From contig JAHLWS010000053.1 in the NCBI GenBank assembly GCA_019057795.1, positions 32,001-96,000 of the forward strand: a stretch of DNA of 64,000 nucleotides, written 5' to 3'. This DNA comes from Promethearchaeota archaeon (GTDB lineage Archaea; Asgardarchaeota; Lokiarchaeia; Sigyniarchaeales; SOKP01). The notes under the pieces were generated by a model, which was given only the letters and a program-made list of their open reading frames with translations, was not told where the DNA came from and did no database searches. Both the position numbers and the translations under genes were made by a program. Of the stretch, positions 28,243 through 36,863 are shown piece after piece (within the stretch, counting starts at the first letter, position 1; each line of letters opens with the position of its first letter).

Positions 28243-29643
28243 CTAAAAACGGGTTTCGTCAATATTGGGCATATCAAGTGCGGTTAAAGCTTTTTGAATT
28301 TCTTCGTACGGGAGCTCGTAATCTATTAAATTGCCAATCATGTATTCTTTGTATGCTAATAAATCGAAAAACCCATGACCACTTAGACAGAATACAATAT
28401 TCTTCTTTTCGTTGTTCTCTTTAGCCAATAAGGCTTGATCTATTGTTTCTTTTATAGCGTGAGCAGCTTCAGGTGCGGGTAATATGCCCTCTGTTTTAGC
28501 AAACATTAATCCTGACGCAATAACTTCAGTTTGATGGTGCATAACAGACGAGATTATCTTCTTACTTGATAAAATTGAAATTATCGGCGCCATTCCATGG
28601 TAACGTAAGCCTCATGCGTGAATTGGGCTAGGAATGAAATTGTGTCCGAGCGTATACATTTTTAAAATTGGAGCTTTTTTCGCCGAATCACCGTAATCCC
28701 ATCTATACTCTCCTTTATTAACGCTTGGACAGGCTCTTGGTTCTACCCCAACAATCTCTATATCAGGGTTTTTACCTTGGAGTTTGTCTCTAACGAAGGG
28801 TATTATTAATCCACCTAGATTAGAACCTCCACCCATACATCCTATTAATACATCAGGTTGAATATCAATTTTGTTAAGTTGAGCTTTCACCTCTTGTCCT
28901 ATTATCGTCTGATGTAATAGAACAAAATTTACAACGCTACCCAATGAATATCTTGCTTTATCACTTCTCATACTATGCTCTATTGCTTCAGATATAGCAA
29001 TTCCTAGGCTTCCAGGGTGATCTGGATCGTTTTCATAGTAATATTTTCCAGAATCCGTAAGGTTAGAGGGGCTTGCATGAACTTGTGCATTAAAAGCTCT
29101 CATTAATATTTTTCTTCCAGGTTTTTGCAAAAAACTAGCTCGTACCATATAAACCGTGCAATTTATATCGAATAAATTACACCCGTAGGACAAGGCTGAA
29201 CCCCATTGACCAGCGCCAGTTTCAGTTATCAACTCACTTACCCCATCTCTTTTAGAATAATAGGCTTGAGCTAAGGCTGTATTTGGTTTGTGTGAACCAG
29301 TTGGAGATACTGATTCGTTTTTAAAAAAAATTTTAATGTCATCGCCTACTATTCCAAGTTCTTTTTCTAAACCACAGGCTCTATGAAGAGGGGTGGGGCG
29401 GTATGATTTTGCAAAAAGCTCCCTTAATTCTTTCGGGATGGAGATTAATGGATCTTGAGAAATTTCTTGAAGTACACATTCTTTTGGAAATATTGCAAAA
29501 GCAAGTTCTGGAGGTGCAGGTTTTCCATCCATTGGATTTATTAAGGGCGTCATAGGAGCAGGTAAATCGGGTAAAATATTAACCCATTCCTTTGGTATTT
29601 CGTTTGGTTCGAGTAAAATTCTTATTTTATTAAAATCTATCAT
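28243..29643 (-). pseudogene. trpB2: Tryptophan synthase beta chain 2 (TrpB2), one frame interrupted by an in-frame TGA at 28612-28614 (nonsense allele, read error or recoding)
   Basis: YRPTPL, SPTGSHKPN (PLP Lys), TETGAGQWG, GGGSN; the two track ORFs are one frame reading PIHA*GLRYHGMAP. Confidence 0.85.
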
Positions 29644-29726
29644 ATCTTATTCCTTTTTAATATTATCTCATCATCTATTTTATATGATGTCTCATTTTAA
29701 GATTGGAGCCCAATTATAATAATGCC

Positions 29727-29744
29727 CAATTGCAAATGCAATTG
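29727..29744. promoter_or_regulatory. Perfect inverted repeat CAATTGCA-N2-TGCAATTG in the trpB2 leader
   Basis: Read directly; function inferred. Confidence 0.45.
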
Positions 29745-29801
29745 AAATTTAAAATTCGATGTTTAGAAATAAAAAGAGCGCGAAGTATGGTTTATCCATT
29801 G

Positions 29802-29822
29802 AAAAAGCGTTTTCATGAACGC
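29802..29822 (-). terminator. Candidate attenuator hairpin plus U5
   Basis: Minus strand GCGUU-CAUGAA-AACGC-UUUUU, overlapping the leader stop codon. Confidence 0.55.
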
Positions 29823-29863
29823 CAAGGCCACTGCCAACAAAAAAGAATATCTTTAGTAACCAT
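29813..29863 (-). CDS. Trp-rich leader peptide MVTKDILFCWQWPWRS (trpL-like)
   Basis: ATG GTT ACT AAA GAT ATT CTT TTT TGT TGG CAG TGG CCT TGG CGT TCA TGA; three TGG in five codons, about 170 nt upstream of trpB2 on the same strand. Confidence 0.8.
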   Translation of the reverse strand: MVTKDILFCWQWPWRS

Positions 29864-29946
29864 AGATATAAACCATGCTTTTATATAATGATATTATTAT
29901 TGTCAGAAACTTATAAAGTTAATCCTCTGTGTTAAAAATGTATCTG

Positions 29947-30351
29947 TTATTTCCCTTCAAAAATATTTGCTAAATTTTTAGCTGCTACCCTCATTACTTT
30001 AACGGTCTTCATTAAAGTGTCAATAAGAGTTCCCGCACATACAATTACTAAACGTCCGGCATTACTGACGATAATGTAGCCATCTTCTGCCCTCACAATT
30101 ATTTCACTTAGCTCTTCTTGAAATAATGTTTTGATTGTTGAGCTTCCGGTCATCAGCAAAGCGCTCGCAAGCCCACAGAATTGATCTCCGTCAACTTTAT
30201 ATTGCGGAAGCGCCGAAAATGCGATCTGGTACCCTTCTACGCTTACGAGAGCAATGGCTTCTATGTCTGCGTTTGAAGTTATAAATGTAATTTGAGGGCT
30301 AATTTTTTCAATTTCTTCAGGTCCTATTCCTAATTCGCTTCCAAATTCGAT
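29947..30351 (-). CDS. Roadblock/LC7 (MglB-like) domain protein; proposed ATC start at 30351
   Basis: Extended frame contains IEAIALVSVEGYQIAFSALP..FCGLASAL and ELSEIIVRAEDGYIIV; the track ORF (TTG 30159) lacks half the domain. Confidence 0.8.
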   Translation of the reverse strand: MEFGSELGIGPEEIEKISPQITFITSNADIEAIALVSVEGYQIAFSALPQYKVDGDQFCGLASALLMTGSSTIKTLFQEELSEIIVRAEDGYIIVSNAGRLVIVCAGTLIDTLMKTVKVMRVAAKNLANIFEGK

Positions 30352-30603
30352 AATACATCACATTCTGGGGTAATTTTTTAATTTATTTGAATTTAAAGAT
30401 TTTACAATATTTTTATTATAATTAATATAATGTTGATACTTTTTATTTTTTTATTTTTTGTTCCTCCTACTTTTAATAGAGTTACTATTTAAATCTTTTA
30501 TCTGAAGAAAACAAAATCCTTAAAAAAATAATTTCTATTGCTAAAAGTTAAAATAGATCATTATTATTCTATATAAAAATAAATTTGAAAAAAAAATGAA
30601 ATT

Positions 30604-32910
30604 ATGATAACTACAAGAGAATCAATAAATTATCAATTTTCTTTAATTTTTGGTTACTCTAGTCCAACAGATTTAATAGTTGGTGATGTAATTGGGCCGG
30701 GCAAGTTAACTAAAGAAAGGGTTAACGAACTAACGCAAGAGGTAATTAAATTCTTGCGTATGTATAACGCCATTCTAAGAGATTACTCAGGTTCAGAAGT
30801 TTTTAGTATTGAATTTGAGTTGTATAATTTTGACGAAAAAGATGCGATGGTTAATATTTATCCAAAATCTATGTTATTAATTCCTGGTAAGTTTAAAGAC
30901 TGTGAAAGTTTATTACTTGCTTTAAAACCGGAAACGGGATATTTAGATCCTCATAAATCAAGGAAATCTGTTAATCATATTAGTAGACTATTTTTTGAAG
31001 TGGAAGAGTTTACGAGTCGTCCCGAATTGGGAACTAGTGATAAAACCCAAGTCCTTAAAAAATTTGCGACGCGTTTTAGCAAAAAACTTTATGGAGAGTT
31101 AATTGAAGATAAATGGAATAAAAAATTAATTGGTTTAAGCGTTTCTCTTCCAACAGAGAAAGAAATGTTAATTACTTATGCTGCGATAAAATCTGACACC
31201 AATTTTCTATGGAATAAAAGACCTATTGAAATGATATTTTCAAATCATAAATATGAGCGCCTTAAATCTCCATTTACTGGCAAATCGATAATTGATCATC
31301 TTAAATACACAATATCTGAGCCTAGTGCTAATTTTATAATAGAAAAAACCTTAAACTTAGGGACTAATCTCATAAAATTAGCAAATACTGGGACTATAGA
31401 TGAAATACAAGATAAGTTAATCTCTTTTCTTATCGTAAAAATCAAAGAAAAACTAGAGAATGTTAAAGAATTACATTCTGGAGATTGGGTAATTTCTAAT
31501 ATTGAGATCATAATCAAAGAATTGGAGTTAAAGGTTGACAATTTTTTAAAACACTCTAATAATTTTCTAACTACTGGGGAGACTGGAGGTTTACTCGAAC
31601 TTTTGGATAAATATAACAAATATATTATTGGTATTGCTGGAGATAACCTCAATATTTTTAAAGAACTTAGTCAATTTGCAACTGAATCTATTAAGTTATC
31701 AATTAGTAGAGGAGAAAAATTTAGAGCCATAGAATTAAGCTCTGTAATCAATTATTTTGCTGAAGTTATTAAGAATAGTTTTATGTTAATAAGAGAGTCG
31801 TTTCCTCAATATCTTTCAAGACGTAGACTAAAAACCTTGACTCATTATTTTATTGGTAATTTAAACGAAAAATTCAATAAAGAACAGAAACCTTCGAAAA
31901 CTTTAGGTCAAAATATATTAACTAAATTTGAACAATATTTAATAAGCCAAATAGAAATAAGTCCAAGCGTATTGTCAAAAGTAAATAAATTTAATGAAGA
32001 TTCTTTAGCAAGAGAATTTAAAAAAACGATAAATGGGAATATTAAATCGTTCTTTGAAGGGATTAAGTTAAATATAAGCGATTTAATTGCCTTTGCAGAA
32101 ATTCAAATGGAAAAAGACTCGAACGTAATAAAATCACATATAATTAAATTTGAGCGATATTCTAACGAACTAAAATATTTATTGAATTATATTCTAAGAT
32201 ACACTACGATAAATCGGTTTTTAAAAGAAGAACCAGATGTTGAAATAACAGACCCAGTAACTTTTACGAATAGATTTCATCGATTCTTAGAAAAGAGAGT
32301 TGGTGGGATTGATTTAGCTTGGAAAACTTATGTACTAGATTGGATAAAAGATTATGCTAAGAAATTCTTTAAAATAGAAGAAAAAAGAAATTGGTCTTTA
32401 GATGAGACCGTATTTGATTTCATAAGATATCTTGAAGAAAGGGAATCAAAAGAGCAAGAACCAGAAAGTTTTCTCAAGTTGTTAGATAAATATATCTTAA
32501 CCGTCTCAGATGAGAGGGAAAAAGAACATTTAATAGATTTTTATAAACATTATGTGTTTTGCATTGATATAAAGACAGAATTTCCAAAATACATTCAAAA
32601 TAATGTTGAAAAGGAAATCAATTTATTAAACATTGATCGAGAAAAAATAATTCCCGTTAAATATTTCAGCATTGATGGGGCAGAGCCGTTCTATAATTAC
32701 ATAAAAGAGAGAAAACTGAAGTATTTTTCGAAGTTAATACCGAGGCCTGTATCCTTGATTTTAAAGCATGAATTAACAAATGAAGAAAAAGAATTGTTTA
32801 ATGCTGATTTATATCACACTTTTAATTTTAAATATTGGTATAACAAAGCCAAATATGATATCGCAGATAATTTTAAGGAAGTATATCGAGAATGGATAAA
32901 AGAGTTATGA
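30604..32910 (+). CDS. Large hypothetical, largely alpha-helical protein
   Basis: 768-aa ORF, no recognised motif. Confidence 0.8.
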   Translation: MITTRESINYQFSLIFGYSSPTDLIVGDVIGPGKLTKERVNELTQEVIKFLRMYNAILRDYSGSEVFSIEFELYNFDEKDAMVNIYPKSMLLIPGKFKDCESLLLALKPETGYLDPHKSRKSVNHISRLFFEVEEFTSRPELGTSDKTQVLKKFATRFSKKLYGELIEDKWNKKLIGLSVSLPTEKEMLITYAAIKSDTNFLWNKRPIEMIFSNHKYERLKSPFTGKSIIDHLKYTISEPSANFIIEKTLNLGTNLIKLANTGTIDEIQDKLISFLIVKIKEKLENVKELHSGDWVISNIEIIIKELELKVDNFLKHSNNFLTTGETGGLLELLDKYNKYIIGIAGDNLNIFKELSQFATESIKLSISRGEKFRAIELSSVINYFAEVIKNSFMLIRESFPQYLSRRRLKTLTHYFIGNLNEKFNKEQKPSKTLGQNILTKFEQYLISQIEISPSVLSKVNKFNEDSLAREFKKTINGNIKSFFEGIKLNISDLIAFAEIQMEKDSNVIKSHIIKFERYSNELKYLLNYILRYTTINRFLKEEPDVEITDPVTFTNRFHRFLEKRVGGIDLAWKTYVLDWIKDYAKKFFKIEEKRNWSLDETVFDFIRYLEERESKEQEPESFLKLLDKYILTVSDEREKEHLIDFYKHYVFCIDIKTEFPKYIQNNVEKEINLLNIDREKIIPVKYFSIDGAEPFYNYIKERKLKYFSKLIPRPVSLILKHELTNEEKELFNADLYHTFNFKYWYNKAKYDIADNFKEVYREWIKEL

Positions 32911-35306
32911 TAAGTGGAGTAAAGCGAAAAACTACTGCCGTAGAAAGCACTTATAGATTTTTTCAGACGATTGATCTGATAATTTCGCACTTGAAGCGAG
33001 AGGCCGATAAAAAAATAATTTTTGCATTGATTCACACAGCCCCTACATTGCGCTCACTACTAATTGCTACGGCGGCAGTACATTTGTACCATTATATGGG
33101 TATTAGAGTGCAAGAATCGTTGGAGTTAAACAAATTTACTTTCGATTCAACTAAAGAACTAGAATTAAAAGAAAAAAAAATTTTGATAGAGGAAGTTGAT
33201 TCTTTATTAAAAACATCATTTGAATTGGAAGGAAGCATATTTAACAATATAATTGATTTAGAGAATTTGTTTTTGACGCTATTAATTGAAGAAAGAACCG
33301 GTAATCTTCAACAAACTCAGAGAGTAAAAAAAATAAACGATATTGAAACCCAAATTGAACGCGAACTGTTAAATATTATCTCTAAATTCCCATCCTTTTA
33401 TTTTTACGATTTTATTGGGGATTTAATTGGGCTTAATGATACTATAAAAAGAGAAATCTTAGAGGAAAGCGCGGCATTTAAAGGTATATCGATTGAGATG
33501 GAAAAAAAATTAGAAAGAGAGGATAAAGAGGATAAATATATTGAAGTATCCACATTGAATCGCTTAATCGAAAGAATGCAAAAGCAATTTGAGTTCAAAT
33601 CATACAAGGAGTTACAAGTTCAGACAATGCCTATAAGAATGATAAAAAAAAGAATATTAGAGTATGAATTTAATAAGTTTCCAATTTCAGTTCCAGGATT
33701 AAGAACTTACTTAGAAGGAAATAATTTAAAAAAGAGAATAATAAGGTCTATTGAGAGTGCTTTCAAAGAAAATATAAATTACGAACAATTTGAGGAGAAA
33801 ATCCAATCAGAATTAAAATCTGAATTAATAAAGCAATTTAAAACAAATCCAAACGATTTTATTTATTTTCTTCAAAGTTTATATGAATCTAGTTTTGAAG
33901 ATATTATTTTTTTAATTAACAAAAGAGGAATTAAGGATATTTTACATTTAATTAATATTGATTATGAGATAGTTGAAAATGTAAAGAAAAATATGATTAG
34001 ATATAACATTAAAGAGCAAGATTTAATCGTTTTAAACGATAAAAAGAAAAATTTGATTAATTTAGCAAAAAAAACATTGTGTAATCTTAAATTTCCCTTT
34101 CTTGAAAACATAATAACAAAATTTGGAAATTTTACAGAATTTAACCTGTTAAAAATTCTTTATAGAAATGATGTTGAACTTGAAGAGTTATGGAAAATTT
34201 TAGAGAAGACTTTGGATTTTTCAATTAATGATTTAAGAGAATTCGTAAGGAAAAAGCAAATAATCGACAAAAAATTTTTCCAAGATTTAGGTTTGAGTAA
34301 TTATTCCCAAATAATTCTTCTTAATGATTTTGATAAGATTTTGAATAATTTAGTGAAAGATCTATTTTACTTTATTTTATCTAAAATTTTAAGACAACTA
34401 AGTCGAATCATTGAATTGTATGGCATAGTTTCAAACGATAAAGCATTATTTACTTCAGCGTTAAAACGAGCAGGAGAAACTATAGATATTGAAGATTGGG
34501 CTCAAATAAAATTAGAAGAATTAAGCATCGAACGTTTGATAAAAAGGCAAAATGAATTAGTTGTTGTTTTTAACGCTAATAATCAAGTTTTTCTTGTAAA
34601 TGGTTTTATATTATCACGTTTAACTAATACATCATTAGAGGAAAGCATTTTTCAATTGAAAAATGAAGATAGTTATATCTACAAAGAAATCTTACCTTTA
34701 AAATTAAAAGGTGATTTGATATCCCCCATTTCATATTGTATCGCCTATGATTTAATCAAAAGATTTGAAAGTTTTGAAGAAGTAGAGAAAGAAAAAGTTG
34801 AGATTGCCACAGAAGTTGAAAAGAAAATAGAGGAAGATAAGAAAATAGAAATTCGTAAAATACAAGAAGAAACCACTCTTAATTGGATTGAACGGAAAAT
34901 AACTTCTACTTTAATGGGCATAAATCGTCCTGGTATGAACCCACATCAATTCTATTGGCAAAAAAAAGATACTAAAATCGCAACTGAACAGATTAAAATA
35001 CATAGCGGATTAGAAGGTGGCTGCTTTAATAGAATTTGTGAATATATTCATTTTGCTGTAGAAAAAATTAAATCTCAGATGGTAAATATGAATTTACCTA
35101 ATTATGACAGAATTAAATCTGATGTCTCTGCTATTATAGATAGAATTTTATCTGAAAGATTGGGTCATGCACCAAATTCTGTTGAAATTGATAAAATGCT
35201 TGATGGAGAGAGATACGAAATAGGTAAAGAAATTGCAAAAAAGATTGGGGTACTTTTAGACGACGCAGTTTATTTAAAATTCAAGAAAAAACGAAGAAAT
35301 AATTAA
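32907..35306 (+). CDS. Large hypothetical, largely alpha-helical protein
   Basis: About 800-aa ORF; ATGA overlap with the upstream stop suggests a start at 32907. Confidence 0.8.
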   Translation: MISGVKRKTTAVESTYRFFQTIDLIISHLKREADKKIIFALIHTAPTLRSLLIATAAVHLYHYMGIRVQESLELNKFTFDSTKELELKEKKILIEEVDSLLKTSFELEGSIFNNIIDLENLFLTLLIEERTGNLQQTQRVKKINDIETQIERELLNIISKFPSFYFYDFIGDLIGLNDTIKREILEESAAFKGISIEMEKKLEREDKEDKYIEVSTLNRLIERMQKQFEFKSYKELQVQTMPIRMIKKRILEYEFNKFPISVPGLRTYLEGNNLKKRIIRSIESAFKENINYEQFEEKIQSELKSELIKQFKTNPNDFIYFLQSLYESSFEDIIFLINKRGIKDILHLINIDYEIVENVKKNMIRYNIKEQDLIVLNDKKKNLINLAKKTLCNLKFPFLENIITKFGNFTEFNLLKILYRNDVELEELWKILEKTLDFSINDLREFVRKKQIIDKKFFQDLGLSNYSQIILLNDFDKILNNLVKDLFYFILSKILRQLSRIIELYGIVSNDKALFTSALKRAGETIDIEDWAQIKLEELSIERLIKRQNELVVVFNANNQVFLVNGFILSRLTNTSLEESIFQLKNEDSYIYKEILPLKLKGDLISPISYCIAYDLIKRFESFEEVEKEKVEIATEVEKKIEEDKKIEIRKIQEETTLNWIERKITSTLMGINRPGMNPHQFYWQKKDTKIATEQIKIHSGLEGGCFNRICEYIHFAVEKIKSQMVNMNLPNYDRIKSDVSAIIDRILSERLGHAPNSVEIDKMLDGERYEIGKEIAKKIGVLLDDAVYLKFKKKRRNN

Positions 35307-35404
35307 ACATGTCAAAATAAAATAACAAAAATATTAAAATCATCATAATTTAGTTTATATACAAATTTTAATTTAAAACACCATTAAACGCGTATGATTA
35401 AACC

Positions 35405-35671
35405 ATGTCGTGGCTTAAAAAAGAATTGGGCTATTTAAAAGATTCATTTTCTCAAATAATTAAAGGTTTTATTCTTTTTGTTTGCGCAACTTCTGGTTTA
35501 GGATGTGCTTTATTATTAAGACATCTAGGATATAATGGGACTATAATTGCATTTACCGGAATAGTTATAGAAGCAATTGGCTTATTTTTGAGCTACTTAT
35601 TTTTCCAAAAGCATTTTACGCCAGAAGAGGAAGATGAGACAATGCAAAAAGGGAAGAAAGCATTTAAGTAA
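35405..35671 (+). CDS. Small two-TM membrane protein
   Basis: Two hydrophobic helices, charged tail. Confidence 0.7.
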   Translation: MSWLKKELGYLKDSFSQIIKGFILFVCATSGLGCALLLRHLGYNGTIIAFTGIVIEAIGLFLSYLFFQKHFTPEEEDETMQKGKKAFK

Positions 35672-35678
35672 ATTAGAA

Positions 35679-36413
35679 TTATTTTACAAAGTCTTCCCAT
35701 TTCCTTTTATTAATTCGATGAGAAACCAAATAATCCTTTACCTCTGTTAACAAAATTACGGGGTCATATTCCCACGCTTCCGTTTTATTAAAAGAAAGGC
35801 ATTTAATTTGTTGTAATTCAAATTTTGACTTTATTAAGAGGCCATAAGTCGCAACTTGTGGTAATGAATTCATAAAGTTTCCTTCTGGTTTATAATCAAT
35901 CACTTTTACTATGCTGTCTTCTATTTGAATAAGATCTATGTGTCCTGTAATGTAGTTATTGTTAACCTTTTTCCAGATTGGAACTTCAATTGCGATTGAA
36001 TTCTTATCTTTGATTAAAATGTTCTTTAAAACAGGTTCGTGACCAGGAATTTTTCCAATTTTATTGATATTAAAACTTTCAAATACATTTTGCGTGAAAT
36101 TTGGTAATTTAGAATCTGAACCGAGGTATCGTATTTTTCCTTCTCGAATTAATTTTTTACTGAAACTTGTGATAAAAGCCGGTTTTAACCCTCTCATTTT
36201 AAATTGTGATACGCGAGAAAGTCCTTGTAAATTGAACAAGTCATTGGGAATATCTCCTTTGTATATTCTCTTAAAATAAGAACCTAGCTTAATGAATTCT
36301 TCTCGATTAGGGTTCTTTTGCAAAATCTTTTCCTTATGATGAGCAATATTCCAATTAAAAGCATAAGGGATGTTCTGATGTACAAAAACCTTTTTCTTAA
36401 GCAATTTTACCAC
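35679..36413 (-). CDS. PD-(D/E)xK nuclease family protein (RecB-like)
   Basis: AIEVPI, GHIDLI, VIDYK, QVATY. Confidence 0.8.
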   Translation of the reverse strand: MVKLLKKKVFVHQNIPYAFNWNIAHHKEKILQKNPNREEFIKLGSYFKRIYKGDIPNDLFNLQGLSRVSQFKMRGLKPAFITSFSKKLIREGKIRYLGSDSKLPNFTQNVFESFNINKIGKIPGHEPVLKNILIKDKNSIAIEVPIWKKVNNNYITGHIDLIQIEDSIVKVIDYKPEGNFMNSLPQVATYGLLIKSKFELQQIKCLSFNKTEAWEYDPVILLTEVKDYLVSHRINKRKWEDFVK

Positions 36414-36680
36414 TCATTAATATAGAATCGCATTTTTAGCGGAATTGTAAATCGTATTAATATTTAATATTAATAGTGTTCCAAATTTAAAAGAAAATTA
36501 TATTAACAAATTATTAATTTATTGTTAGCGAGTAAGATATTTTCAGTTACGAATCGATTGCTATTAATCTTGTTTAGATTTTTACGAATTTGAAAATAAA
36601 GCTTAAATATTTATTAAAATGTCTCCAAACAAAAAATTTAAAGACGATTTTATATTTATTATTATAACTAAGATTGAATA

Positions 36681-36755
36681 GGACCTGTAGCCAAGCCTGG
36701 ATATGGCGTCGGACTTCTAATCCGAAGATCGCAGGTTCGACTCCTGCCAGGTCCA
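36681..36755 (+). tRNA. tRNA-Arg(TCT), no intron
   Basis: GGACCTG/CAGGTCC acceptor, TCGGA-CT TCT AA-TCCGA anticodon arm, GTTCGA T loop. Confidence 0.95.
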
Positions 36756-36863
36756 CTTCATTAAACCAAAGAATTAGCTCCTGTTTTTATAATTAAAAAC
36801 ATAATTTTTATTGTATTTTATTCCCTTATATTCAACTTAGTTGTTTAATTATTCAACTATACA

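Noticed and set aside
28243-28593. Separate 116-aa gene in the ORF track
   Set aside because: It is the in-frame C-terminal part of TrpB2
28612-28614. Genome-wide UGA reassignment (Gly or Trp)
   Set aside because: TGA ends clearly complete genes here (scpB 2125, AK6 40114, cdc6 61791), and Trp is encoded by TGG
29703-29888. 61-aa plus-strand ORF
   Set aside because: Antisense to the trpB2 leader; no protein features
36574-36756. 60-aa minus-strand ORF
   Set aside because: Antisense shadow of tRNA-Arg
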